The notes under the pieces were generated by a model. That model was not told the origin of the DNA. It did no database searches and saw only the letters and a program-made list of their open reading frames with translations. Positions 1 to 13,960 of a stretch of DNA of 64,000 nucleotides are shown in pieces (the first letter of the stretch is position 1; each line of letters begins with the position of its first letter). The DNA comes from the human T2T-CHM13v2.0 reference genome, Homo sapiens: assembly GCF_009914755.1 (NCBI RefSeq), contig NC_060927.1. One strand, 5' to 3'. Position numbers and translations under genes: made by a program.

Positions 1-648
1 TGCTCTAGTCCTTCCTCCTTTCCTTAACTCTCAATGCCTTCAGAGAACCCTCTGCTATCACAATTCCTAAATCCCTCTCCAAGCCTTGCCCCTTTCTCAC
101 TCACACAAGAATGCATCCAAGTGGAATCTGCTTTTAGAATCCTTTTCTGAACTTCACTGATGCTTCCATGAAAATTGACTGGTCCTTTGCCTCTCTTGGT
201 GCTGTTAGTATATCAGATAAGTGAGCTTATCTGTGTCTGATAATGTATCTTTTAATAATAATAAATGGACACCATATGAATGGAACATGATGGTGTCTTA
301 GAGTGTGGCTGGACAGTCCAAGGACTGTCTAGAATCAGGAACTGGAGAGCTATCGGGCATTTGAGCAACTATTCCACTTGTTTACTCCCCTGTGGATAAT
401 ATGGTTTCTTGTCTGTTGCATTCATCTCTTATATGAACAACACAACTGTTTCTCCATGCACATGTCCATGCTAGAGCTCACAATTTCATGTTTGTAGTAG
501 AAAACTACATTATCAGTCTCTTTGTTACAAGTCAATAGGATAGAGATGTTGACCCAGGCTGGTGCCGATGGTCTAGCAATTTCCAGGAGAAAGTGGCGTG
601 TAGGACAATTACAACTGTTGAGGCCAACCCCTGGAAGTGAGGACAAAT
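1..648 (-). pseudogene. Large pseudo-exon, continues off left edge
   Basis: Acceptor ttcatctcag at 649-658; phase-1 frame open ~75 codons (DLSSLPGVGLNSCNCP...CCSYKR*), then frameshifted protein-like runs (ETILSTGE*TSGIVAQMPDSSPVPDSRQ; KRGKGPVNFHGSISEVQKRILKADSTW...). Confidence 0.6.
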
Positions 649-779
649 CTGAGATGAACGTGGATTTTCAGTCATGGTAAATAAACATGGTTATTTAGGT
701 TCTATTTATAAATATGTTTATATGAATCTTTATAAAAATAAGACTTGCATATGATAAAACAAAACATATTCAGATAGTC

Positions 780-1094
<315 letters not shown>

Positions 1095-1129
1095 TAATAC
1101 CAAATGAAAATAAAATTTACCATCCCATC

Positions 1130-2810
1130 CCATCCCTGAAGTAACCATTTTTTAATTTTTTAGTTTGAGTGATGGTTTTCTTTTTAAATTTTTTTTCTTA
1201 CATACAGGAAAGAGTTACTTAAGGTGAAGCATCACACATTTTCATAAAGTTAACACACTCATGTTGTCAGTATCTGGATCAAGAATTTGCATGTTACCAG
1301 CACCATGAAAACCTCCCTCAGTCATCACTCCTCTGCCCAAATGTAACCACTACTTTGCCTTCCAATACCTGAGACTAGTTTCTCCCGTTTTTATTTTACA
1401 AATGGAATTATACATACTTAAGTTTTTTTGTCTGGTTTTTTTGCTCAACATTATGTCTTAGAGCGTTTATCTGTGTTAATTTGCATTATTGTTAATTTCT
1501 TTGTTCTCACTGCTGTACTCAATTGTTTGAGAATACTATCTCCATTCTAATGGGGCTGGAAACTTGACTTATTATTTCCAGTATTTGGTAATTTCAATGA
1601 AAGCTGCTAGATATATTCTTTTACGTATCCTTAGCTATACATATATGCACATGCCTGTTGGATGTACACCAAGAAGAGGTATTGCTGGGTCATGGGGCCA
1701 ATTTATGATAAACTATAGCAAGTAGCTTTCCAAAGTGCTGTAGCAATTTTACACTCTGATAATCAGCATATGAGAATGATAGGTTTTCTAGATCCTAGAC
1801 AGTAAGTGGGATTATTAGACATTTTCATCTTAGCCTTTGGCTATATAATCATATTCCATGGTGGTTTTAGTTTGCATCTTCCTATGATTATTATGGTTGA
1901 ACATCCTTTCATATGAATTTTTTTCAGAAAGTGATAAAGTATTTTGCAAATGTCTTGTTTCTATTTTTATTATTGATACATATTCTTATTGATATATGCT
2001 ATAAGTATGTGTGTATATAATATATATAAATACAATGTATATTGTATCATTCTATATGCAAATCTTGTGTCATATGTATGAATGGCAATTATCATTTCCA
2101 AATTTGTAGATTGCCTTTTCACTGTCTTAATGGTGTCTTTATGAACAGAAGTCAAATTTATCAATCTTTAACATTACAAAATTGGAGGTTTAATGAAGTC
2201 CCAGTTTATTGATCTTTGACTTCACGTTAGGTTCTTTTGGTGTATTATTTAAGAAATTTTGACTACCTCAGATTACAAAGATACCTTCCTGTGTTATCTT
2301 CTAGATGGATTTCTGTTTTAGCTTTCACATTCAGATCTGCAATTATTTTTTTGTGTAAATTTTAAGGAAGGAGACATAATTATTTTCTCCTATGTGGATA
2401 CCCCTACACCCAAAGCCACTTTTTAAAAGATAATTATTTTACACTGCATTGCACTATCACCTTTGCCACCAATAAGGTGATTATATATGTGTGAATCTGA
2501 TTATCAAATCTATTCTGTTCTGCTGGTCTATTAACCTATCCCAGCACCAATACTTCATTGTCTTAATTATAGTAAGTATTGCCATGTGGTATCATAAGTC
2601 CTCCCTGTTTGTCTTCAAGAATGCCTTGTCTATTCTTGGCTTTGCATTATCATAATATTTTGGGGTCAATGACCAATTTCCACAAAAAAATCTGCAGAGA
2701 TACTGGGAGATTGCATTAATATGTAGACAAATTTTGAGGAATACTTAGATTTCATAATACTGTATCTTGCAGTCCATGAATATGGAATAGTTTTCATTTA
2801 CTCATCCCTT
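1130..2810 (-). mobile_element. Old L1M 3' region (ORF2 end/3'UTR)
   Basis: Degenerate antisense L1 motifs (aaatggaattata, attgctgggtcat, tttgcatcttcctatgatt). Confidence 0.8.
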
Positions 2811-2899
2811 CTTCAATGGCTGAGAATATTTAATGCATTTACTGTTTATGAGAGTATTCATATTTGGCTATTAATACTGGCATTATATACGTAAACCAA

Positions 2900-3350
2900 A
2901 GGAGATTGTAGCTATTGATTTCAGATATGCAGTTTAGCTATAATTTGGTGGAGTTGAAAGTGACAGTATAGAGATGAAGGGAAAAGGTTGCTCTATCTTT
3001 TTTATATCATAACAGATAGTTGGCTTATTTCCTAGACTGCTCTAATTTTGGTAAGGTCCTTAACTTGACATTTTGAGGTGGCTGTTTTGGTATTTGCCTT
3101 ATGTTAGTGTGGATTTATTTCCCTTCTAAATCTTTGCTCTAGGATGAAAGATACTTATGTTTAATGTCTAATCACAAAGATTCATGCTGGAATAGAATAT
3201 GGAATTTCATTTCTAGATGAATGAGGAAGCAGAAGTAAATTCTGTTTTTCACCAAATACTCCTGCTTCTAGATGAATGAGGCATATGGTTGGTGGAAACA
3301 TTTTTTTTCAGTCTTCCAAAGAAAAATGGTTTGTTTGATACATCTAGTTT
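2900..3350 (-). pseudogene. Pseudo-exon (3' boundary uncertain)
   Basis: Acceptor cttgacaatctctcacttag; KLDVSNKPFFFGRLKKNVSTNHMPHSSRSRSIW*, later IHTNIRQIPKQPPQNVKLRTLPKLEQSRK*. Confidence 0.45.
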
Positions 3351-3456
3351 CTAAGTGAGAGATTGTCAAGAAAAGAAAATGATTTTAGAATATCAGTTTG
3401 CTGAATTTGATTTTCAAGTGAGAATTTTTACATGAAGAAAAGTAAGGTCTACTTAC

Positions 3457-3624
3457 CTATCATCTATCTATCGTCAGAAAAATAAGGTCTATCAATCTGT
3501 AAGATCTATCTATATGTCTTTTTTATGTTGAAGACATTTGCAATATATTTCTACCCCCTTTTTTTGATTCTCTGTAGGAACAGATGTTTCACAGCTGACA
3601 CATCTTGGATAAACGACATGGGAG
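3457..3624 (-). pseudogene. Pseudo-exon
   Basis: Acceptor atattccag, donor TAG|gtaagt; frame SHVVYPRCVSCETSVPTENQKKGVEIYCKCLQHKKDI*. Confidence 0.5.
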
Positions 3625-3979
3625 CTGGAATATATGTGAAATTATATCTCTAAGATAATATTTATTGTTTTACTATAGAATCAAAAATAAGTTATAAGAG
3701 AAAAAAGAATATTCATTGACAAAGAATTCTTTATTCTCTACATTTAACAATTTTGGGAAAACTCAGTGGATAAGAGTCCAGGTACACTTAGATCTGAATG
3801 AATTATTTAATAAAATTTCATAACAATATTAATAAATATCCTGACTTTCAGTTTATATACACTATTCTGGTCAAGCAAAATCCTGTTTTCACAAATTTTA
3901 TAAATCTCCAAATTATTTCATGATGATGAAAATATGTTCAATAAATACATTCCCAGGAATAATTTAGATATAATAAAAT

Positions 3980-4200
3980 AACAGCTATAATATCTGTTTT
4001 ATTATGTGGCCCATGTTCACAACAGGCATGCACTTTGTTCTATGTTGCTTATTACTAACCTTATGAGATAGGTAATGAGAATATTTCTATTTTGAAAATG
4101 AGGAAGCAGAAGTTCTGAGACAGTGATTGATTAGACCAGGCTCATACGCCTAGAGAAGGAGTTAGTGATAGATTCAAATCCAGATTTATCTTACTCAATA
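3980..4200 (-). mobile_element. MIR
   Basis: Core-like tttgaaaatgaggaagcagaagttctgaga...gattcaaatccag. Confidence 0.7.
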
Positions 4201-4269
4201 GCTGTACTGACTAACGCTACTGTATCCCACAAGATCTGGCACAAAACACTCATTCTAGCTTTTTTGAAA

Positions 4270-6190
4270 TGAATTTCTTATGACAGCTTATTTATACATA
4301 TAACAGACATAACTATTTACCATTTGATGGGGGCAGGTTCTTTTCAGTATTTGACTATTAGAAGCAAAGCTACTATGAATATGACTGTACAAGGGTGTAT
4401 GATTTTTTGTGTTAATACATATTTTCTTTTCTCTTCGATACATGCCTAGGAGTAAAAGTTCTCAGATGTATGGGAAAATGTATGTTTAACATTGTAAGAG
4501 ACTGCCAAACTCTTTTCATTTCTTTTCTTTTTTTTTCCTTTTTTTTTTTTTTTTTTTGAGATGCATTTTCGCTCTTGTCGCCCAGGCTGGAGTGCAATGG
4601 CACAATCTCAGTTCACTTCAATCTCCACCTCCTGGGTTCAAGTGATTTTCCTGCCTCAGCCTCCTGAGTAGCTGGGATTACAGGTGCCCACCAACACGCC
4701 CGGCTAATTTTTTGTATTTTTAGTAGAGATGGGATTTCACTATCTTGGCTAGGCTGGTCTCAAACTCCTGATCCACCTGCCTCGGTCTCCCAAAGTGCTG
4801 GGGTTACAGGCATGAGCCACTGCACCCAGCCCTACTCTTTTCAAAGTGGATGTACCATTTTGCATTCCCACCCCAAACAACACAACAAAAGTTCCAGTTC
4901 CTTCGTGTTCTTGACACTTTAAAAAAAATTTAGCCAGTCCAGTAAGTGTGTTATAATATTCCATTGCATTTTTATTTTGAGCTTCACTAATGACTGATAC
5001 TGTTGTTCATATTCTCATTTGCTCATATCCATGTGTATGTCTTTTTTGCTTTGTTGGCTCTTGACTGTATTTTTAAATTGGGTTGTTTATCTTCTTATTC
5101 ATTTTTAAGTATTTTTATATTCTAGGTACAAGTCCTTTATCATATATGTTTTGCAAATATTCTCTCCCATTCAGTGGCTTCTCTTCTTTTTTTGAAGGAT
5201 GTCTTTTGAAGGACAAAAGTTCTTAATTCTGATGAAATCCAATTTAGCATTTTTATCTTTCATACTTCGTGTTTAATATGTCTGATCTAAGAAAGATTTG
5301 CCTAACCCAAGTTCATAAAGATTTCCTACCATGTTTTCTTTTGGAAATTGTCTATTTTTATCTATATTTTAGTTTATGGTCCATTTCAAGTTAATATTTG
5401 CCTATCCTGTGAAGTAAGGATCAAGCTTTATTTATTTACTTATTGCTCATAGAAATGCAGTAGTTCTATTACTATTGGTCCAAGAGGCTATTTATTTTTC
5501 CCAATTGAGTTACCTTGACACTTTCATAGAAAATCAATGGGCTGTATAGCTGTGTACCTGTATCTGGGCTTTCTTTTTTTGTTCTATTGATCATGATGTC
5601 TATTCTTACTCTAATTTACTGAGTACTCCAGGTTTATTATAACGCAAGTCCTCCCACTCTGTTCTTTGTTTTCAAAATGGTTTAAACTAGGCCTTGTATA
5701 CATTTCCATATCAAGTTTAGAATCAGCTTGTCAAGCTCTCCAAAAAAATCCTCCAGGAATTTTGACTGCTTTAATGTTGAATCTAGAGGTCAATTTGAAG
5801 AGAATTGACATCTTAATAATATTTAGTCTTCTGGTCCATGAACATGGTTTAATTTTCCATTTATGTAGGTGTTCTATGATTTCTCTCAGCAATATTATAT
5901 AGTTTCTCTGTGTATAGCCCCTGTATATATTTTGTTAAATCTATTTCTAAGCATTCATTTTTTGAGGCATTAATAAGTAGTATTTCAAAAATATATTTTA
6001 AAATATATTTTTATATTTGGTTTTGCTAGTACACAGAAATACAGTTCGGTTTTGCATATCAACCTTGTATTTTAAGACCTTGCTAAACTCACTTATTACT
6101 TCTCTTAGCTTTTTTGTAAATTCCTTAGAAATTTCTGCATAGATAAATGTATTTTGCATATAATTAAATAAAGATGGATCTTCTTCTGTG
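4270..6190 (-). mobile_element. L1MB-like ORF2/3' fragment, interrupted by Alu
   Basis: Antisense L1 ORF2 motifs; ORF 5998-6201 is ORF2-like (KKLREVISEFSKV). Confidence 0.85.
4519..4832 (-). mobile_element. AluS
   Basis: Antisense dimer; TSD actcttttca. Confidence 0.95.
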
Positions 6191-6969
6191 CCATTGCACA
6201 TTTGACCAGATGCTTTTGCTTTGGTAGCTAAGTTTTGTGAGATAACAGATAGGTTTTTGATCAGATGCTTGCTCTACTTCTGTCCTTCAAAGAGGTACTA
6301 AATAATTTAGTTGTAGCTCAGCTAGCATTTCTACGCCCCCCAGCCACCGCCAACTTTTTCTAAAGTGTCACACATCAGCTCACAATCAACTGGTTTTGTT
6401 ATAGAATGCGATTGTTAAATATACCAGAAAAAATTCTACTTTCGCAGCAATATTTGTGCAGATATATATATCTGCACAAAAATTCATGTGCAAATCAGTT
6501 ATGATGACTTTCTAATGTGTCAGCTTGGGTAAGCTAAACTGCACCTCCCAGAATTTCATGTCTTGTATGTTTCCAGTTAGCCTGGGCCACATGAGAGATT
6601 CTTATAGGAGAGCTGGAATTGCATATATATGATTCCAAAGTCCTACTCTCATTATGAATCCTGTAGAGACTCACAGTGATAGGCTATTTTAGACAGCTTC
6701 TATTAAATGATATTTATTAGCACTGTGAATACTTGGTAAATACCTATTTCAAACTGAACTTTCACTGATACATGCAGATTTTCAGCAATTTTTAAAACAT
6801 ATATATTTATATTTACATGTATATGTATGAACTAAGTTTACAGAGGTACATTCTGTTGTAATTTTCTAAGTTCACATTTGTAAGATATTTTAAATGATAA
6901 GGCTTACCCGCTTAAATAAAAAATAGGACTCTACTTTTGTGATTTGGAAAATTTTGTTCATTTGATAAT

Positions 6970-7190
6970 AATAACAGTTATATTTACTGTTTGGTTGTCA
7001 GGTACCAAACACTGTTCTAAGTCTTTTTCTTTTTTTTTTTTTTAACATGGTTATCTGTTTCTCTTAATAGCAGTATTATTAATAGGTGTTGTTATCTTCA
7101 TTTTCCATATGAGGATTCTTAGGCTCAGAGAATTTCAGTAATTTGTCCACAGTCACACAGCTGGAAAACAGTGAAGGAAGGCTTATACTC
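6970..7190 (-). mobile_element. MIR
   Basis: cattttccatatgaggattcttaggctcagaga...cacagtcacacagct. Confidence 0.75.
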
Positions 7191-7750
7191 TGGAGAAGTT
7201 CTGTTACAATTCTACATAAGGTTTTAGTTGGCTAGAACTGATTATAAGTAGAACTCATGTGCAAATCACTCACGGAGCCTTCCTAATGTGTCAACTTGAC
7301 TGAGCTGAACTGCATCTCGCAGAATTCCTTCTCATATGCTTCCGGTTAGCCTGGGCCACGTGAGAGATTCTTACGGAAGAGCTGAGAGGCAGAAGGGAGG
7401 CAGCAGCCACTCTGACATAGTGTGCCTTGTCTGGCTCACCTCTTGCTATGAGGAAGGAGCCAACCTACGGCTGATCTTCCTTTCCCTGGATCCTCCATTG
7501 CCTTCTTGGACTCTGAATTGGATGTGTGTGTGTTTAGCTCTGTGATAAAGGGTCTCCGAGCCTGCTGGACACACAGCACCAAGATCAAAGTCAACAAGAA
7601 CTGGTGCAGCTCTGTTGTCTCATGGACTTTAGCTCATGCTTGTGGATCTCAGCTTGCTAAAACCTCCCCAGCTGCATATCCGTCCTTGTTTCCCAACTGC
7701 CTGCAGAAAGATTAAGGTCAAATTCCTGCAACAAATTCCTTAAATCCCTT

Positions 7751-7751
<1 letters not shown>

Positions 7752-7795
<44 letters not shown>

Positions 7796-7810
7796 CACAC
7801 ACATGCACCC
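7752..7810. repeat. (CA)n microsatellite
   Basis: About 20 perfect CA units. Confidence 0.95.
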
Positions 7811-8049
7811 ACACTATAGATGATAGGTAATTTTATTTTTTTAATGTATACTATATAATTAGTATTATATGTGTGTACAATTGGGTATATGTAGAATGTC
7901 CTAGTGGTTTTGCATTTCTAATTAGGCCCTGAGTGTTACATCAGTCCGTAACAATTTTAAAGTATCAATAAGTTTGTTGTATTGAAGAAATGATGTCATG
8001 TCCAATTAAGAGACAATATTGTATAAGGAACAGAGCAGTGTTTGTGTAA

Positions 8050-8250
8050 TTAGACTTATATTCAGTAACAGGCTCAGGCTTCCAAACTACCAAACTATGC
8101 GACCATGGGCAAGTTATATAACTGCTCTGAGCTTGATTTTTTTCATTGGCAAAAGAAAGTTGTTGGAGACACTCATGAGACAACACATTAAGTGCCTAAC
8201 ACTTTCCCAAGCATTTAAAGAAATGATAGGTACAGTTACTTACATTGTTG
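8050..8250 (+). mobile_element. MIR
   Basis: gaccatgggcaagttatataactgctctgagcttgattt. Confidence 0.7.
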
Positions 8251-8927
8251 TGTTGTCAGAATTAGAACTAAAGACATGGGTAATTTAGTCTCTACAAAAT
8301 CATCAATCCATATAATAATATTTAATGAGACACAACGATAACACTATTTTCTATGTGGCAGAATCATAAGAGCACTTTGTTTCAGGCAGGGCATTTTGTT
8401 TCTGAAGTACCAAAAATACTCTTCAAAGAGGAAAGCTAATTTGTATGTATAAGTGAAATTAACAATGGAACTTTAACAAATAACAATCCTGCTTGAACAT
8501 TTGTGAAATAATCCCATTCACCTTTTTTAATTGAGTTAAAATTCACATGTGGTAAAAGGCACAGATCTCAAATGTTTACTCTGGAGCATTCTAACAGTTC
8601 TGTGCACCAAAAGGTAAATAACGTTTTGATTACCCTCCTCCCCCTTTTCAGCCAATCTCCTCATTGAGTCCACATACCCTGGTTTCTATCACTACAGATT
8701 AGTTGTGCCAGTTCATTGACTTCATATGAATGGCTCCATGAAGTATGTATTCTTTTGTGTCTGGATGCTTTCATACAACATAATGTGGAGATTCATCTAT
8801 GATGCTGCACATATGAATCATTTGTTCCTTTTTCTTGCTGACTAGTATTAATTGTATGAATATACTACAAGTTGTTTATATCATTCTCCTAAGGAAGGCA
8901 TTTGGGTTGCTTCTAGTCTTTGACTAT

Positions 8928-9408
8928 TGGCAAACCTTCTTCACTTAGCCAAACGTTAGTCAGGCTTCTGTATCTCCTGTTAGGCACATCTGTGAATCTC
9001 CCTATAAAATTTAATTTTATCAAAGAATCCCGCTAAGTCAGTTTAGCAAGAACATCTCATCCTCAATATTTGATCATTCTCAATATCTGGTCAGGTTCCT
9101 CATCCTCCATTATCCGCAGGAGATGTCTGATCACCCCGACCTGTTTTCAGCACGAATCTTGTTAGGTTGGTTTAGCCAGAATCCCCTTTACCTCTGATGT
9201 TTCCTCTAGTAATTTGCTATCCACTGACCTCCACACTGCTTCATGGCTATAAATTCCCACTGATTCATGTGGTATTTGGAGTTAAGCCCAATCTCTCTCC
9301 CACTGCAAGAGCCTGTTGCAGTGGTTCCTATACCTAATGTGATGGTCCTCAATAAAGTCTTCCTGACTGTGTTTTCACAAGTGTCATTGAATAATGTTTT
9401 ATTTAGCA
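8928..9408 (+). mobile_element. MER31-type ERV1 solo LTR
   Basis: TG...CA ends, cttagccaaacgttagtcaggct start, ctataaa and aataaa signals. Confidence 0.75.
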
Positions 9409-10559
9409 CAATTATAAGCAAAGCTGCTGAGCACATCCTTTAGTCATTTTTGATACATTTTCATGTATTCTAAGTACATAGCTAAGTGTGGATTGCTGAT
9501 TAATAGGGTGCTGATATGTTTTACTTTATAAGAACCTGCAAAATAATGAATCCTAAGTTCTTGTAATATTTTATGTTGCCATCAAAATGTGTAAAAATTT
9601 CAGTTATTTCACCTGCTTACCAAATTGTTTTTAATTTAGCCATTCTAGTGGATAAAAACAGGAAATCTCACTCTGGTTTTACTTTTCATTTGCTAAGTAA
9701 CTGACAATGTCGAACAGCTTTTCTTGTGTTTATTGGCCAGTTATGTACTTGTGAAGTGTCATTTCAGACATTTGTACTTTTTTGTTGGGTTGCTTTTCTT
9801 TTTAGTATTGGTTTGAAGCAATTAATACATATGTATTTATATTAAATGGTATATTGTTGGTATACCATTGTTGGTATATTGCTCATGAGTAAGATACAGA
9901 ACTACAGTGGAATTTTGCTCACTGATTTTGTCTTCTTTGGTTTTGCCAACTTCACTAATTCTGATACATGTTTTGGAAATTTTGGATGTCTTATTATGTA
10001 CAAAATAATGTAATACAAATATAATTAAAATTTAAATTTTTCCTTTTCATTCTTTATGGTTTTCATTTTTTCTTGTTCTCTTGGGTTAATATATACATGT
10101 TTATATATATAATATACATTTGTTGTGAATATAAGTCTTGTCAGATATTTGTCGCAAATATTTTTTCTAAGCTTGTAGCTGGTATTTTCATTTCCTTAAT
10201 TGTATATTTTGATGAATTCCAATATATTCATTTAGAAAAACTTTTATTGTCAGTGTTTTATGTGTCTTAAGAGACCATAAGGATAGTTTTCAAACTCTTT
10301 ACGATTCTAGATTTTACAATTAGGTCAATGATTCTTTTTAAATTAATTTTTGTGTATGATGTAAGGTAGTAGTTGATGTTCTTTTTTTTCCTTTTTTTTA
10401 CAGATACTTAGCTTTTCTGAGATCATTTGTTAAATGGTTTTTCCTTTAACAAGAATTTGGCAGCTTTGATAACAATCAGTTGGTCAAATATGTGTTTCTG
10501 TGAACTCCCTGTTCTGTTCCATTTATCTATTTGCCTCTATTTATACCAGTAGAATGCTA

Positions 10560-10561
<2 letters not shown>

Positions 10562-10592
<31 letters not shown>

Positions 10593-10624
10593 AGACGGAG
10601 TCTCGCTCTGTCGCCCAGGCTGGA
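10562..10624 (-). mobile_element. Severely 5'-truncated AluY-like insertion
   Basis: 30-nt pure T tract plus 33 bp of Alu 3' end with intact CpGs; perfect TSD tagaatgctatctt (10550/10625). Confidence 0.9.
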
Positions 10625-10681
10625 TAGAATGCTATCTTCATTACTACAGTTCTATATATAGACTTCTAATTTTTCAAGATT

Positions 10682-10800
10682 GCAGAGGTTGCAGTGAGCC
10701 GATATTGCCCATTGCATTCCAGCCTGGGTGACAAGAGTGAAACTCCGTCTCAAAAAAAAAATAAAAAAGAAAAAAAGAAAAAGAAAAACAAAAAAGAAAA
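10682..10800 (+). mobile_element. 5'-truncated AluS right-arm fragment
   Basis: gcagaggttgcagtgagcc...actccgtctc plus A-rich tail. Confidence 0.9.
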
Positions 10801-12119
10801 TGATTGCTTTGATTAAAACAGATTGTTGGCATTTCATTATAAATTTTAGAAAAAGTTTGTCCATTTCTTTAAAAATCCTACTGTGAATTTGATTGGGATT
10901 TAGATCATTCTACTATTGGTTTTGATGAAAATAGACATTGGTATCATCTAACTCATATCATGGTCCATTTCTGCACTAACTGAGATCATCTTTGGTTTCT
11001 TGCAACAACATTTTATAGTTTTCAGAGTAGAGATCTTACTAAATTTATTCCTAGCAATCTAATATTTTGACATGAAAGGTATTTTTAAGATTTTATTTTT
11101 CCCATTATTCATTAATAAGATGTACAACTACAAGGAAATTTTGGTCACTAACTTTGTATTGTTTGGCTTTGCTAAATCCATAAATTCTGGTACATGTTTT
11201 AGAAATTCTTGTTGCTTTAAATATACACAATGATCTCATGTAGATATAATTAAATTTTTAATTTTATTTCTGTCTTTATGCTTTTTATTTTTTTGCTTAT
11301 TTTATTTCAATGGCTAGGACTTCTGGTACAATGGTGACAGCAGATATCCTTGCCTTGTTTGTGATCTTAGGGACAAAGCTTTTAATATTTTATCATTAAG
11401 TAAATGTTTTGGTTTTTTTATCAGGTTGAAAACATTTTCTTATATTTCTAGTTTGCTAAGTGTTTTTATCCTTCCAGTTATTATAATGATGGTGTGTTTT
11501 TCTTTTGTTATCTGTTAACATTGTCATTTACATTGATTGACTTTCTGATGTTAAATTAACCCTGCATCCCTAGGATAAACTCCATATGTTTATAATGTAT
11601 TGTCTTTTCATATACTGTTAGATGCTATTTGCTAGTATTGCCATAAACATTTTGAATTTATGATAACCAGTGATACTGACCTAATTTTATTTTCCTGTAT
11701 TTTCCTTGTCAGGTTTTGGTATTAGAGTTATGCTGGTCTCAAAAATCAATTTGGCTTGGGTTCTTTCTTACTTTTAATTTGAAAGAGTTGTCTAAGATTG
11801 GTATTACTTCTTTCATAAATGTTTGTTAGACCTCAACAGTGAAGGCATATGAATCCTGAAATTTTGTTAGACAGCTTTTGATTATGACCTCGATGTTGAA
11901 TAGATATAGGCCTATTGATATTTTTAGTATCCCCTTGTGAAAGTTTTTGTAATTTTTGTTTTTCAAGAAGTTTATCTATTTCATCGAAGTTTCTGAATTT
12001 ATTAGCATGGTTTTGTTCATAGTATTCTCTTATTGTCCTTTTCATATTTTCAGGAACTATTTCAATGTCCCTTCTTTCATTTGTTAGTTAGGTAATTTGC
12101 ATTTTCTATTTCTTTTATT

Positions 12120-12738
<619 letters not shown>

Positions 12739-13089
12739 TCTATTATTTGTTTCTTATTTACTTCATTCCATTTCTTCTTATTATTATTATTAAAATTTCC
12801 TTTGGTTTTAAACTTTATCTGTTTAAATTTATTTTAAATTAATTTAGACATTTTATTGGCCCAAACCATGGTAAACCTTAATGAATGTTCCATAAGAGCA
12901 TGCAAAGTATTTGTATTCTGCACATGATGATTGCAGTGTTACATAGAAATTAATTTATTCAAGTTGCTTGACAGCATTGCTTAACTATTTTGTTTTGAAA
13001 GAATTTTTGTCTTTTATCCATATATTTGTCTACTTGTTTGTATTTTATATTCTGATTTTTATTGTCTACTCATTCTGGCTCACTTACCA

Positions 13090-13960
13090 AGTATATTAGT
13101 TTTCCAAGGCTCTGTAAAAATTATCACAAATTTAATGTCTTAAAAGAACACTTTTTTTTTTTTGAGATGGAGTTTTGTTCTTGTTGCCCAGGCTGAAGTG
13201 CAATGGTGTGGTCTTGGCTCACTGCAACATCTGCCTCCTGGGTTCAAGTGATCCTCTGCCTCAGCCTCCCGAGTAGCTGAGATTACAGGCGCCTGCCACC
13301 ACGCCTGGGTAATTTTTGTATTTTTAGTAGAGACGGGGTTTCACCGAGTTGGCCAGGCTAGTCTCGAACTCCTGACCTCAGGAGATCTGCCCGCCTCAGC
13401 CTCCCAAAGTGCTGGGATTACAGGTGTGAGCCACTGTGCCTGGCTAAAACAGCACACATGTATTATGTCATAGTGTCTGTGGGTCAGGAGTCCAAGTATG
13501 GTTTACTTGGGTCCTATGTTTAGAGTCTCACTAGGCTCAAATTCAGGTGTTGGCTGGCCTGCAATCTCATCTGACATTTGAGGTCCTCTTCCAATATCAC
13601 TGCAGTTTTTGGCAGCATTTATTTCCTTGGGCTTGTAGGATCAATGTTCTTACTGAATATTGATTGGGATCTATGCTCGGCAACTGAAGCTGCCATCAAA
13701 TTCTAGCCATATGGCAACTTCCTTCTCAAAACCAGCAGGAGGTTCTCTCATTAGTCTCCTATGACAGAATATTACATAACATAGTTTAGTCATAAGAGTG
13801 ATCATCACATCAACTTCGTCATATGGTGAAACCAGATTGAGGGAATGACTGTCTCACGGTGCTCACAGCTTCCACCTACACCCAAAGGGAGGAAATCATA
13901 CAGAGCATGCATACATAGTCGTGGAAATCTTGGGAGCCTTGTTACATTTTTCCCACCACA
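13090..13960 (-). mobile_element. MLT1 (D/E-like) MaLR LTR split by Alu
   Basis: tattagttttcc...aaattatcacaaa...ctgtgggtcaggagtcc...ccaccaca. Confidence 0.75.
13152..13444 (-). mobile_element. AluSp/Sq
   Basis: Antisense dimer; TSD-like taaaagaacac/taaaacagcac. Confidence 0.93.

Larger units (their letters stand above)
6500..7940 (+). mobile_element. ERVL-class LTR with MLT2-like termini, internally rearranged
   Basis: Start t(a)tgatgactttctaatgtgtcagcttgg, end cctagtggtt...gagtgttaca, 5-bp TSD tcagt; (CA)n near 3' end; 5' part duplicated at ~7254. Confidence 0.65.
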
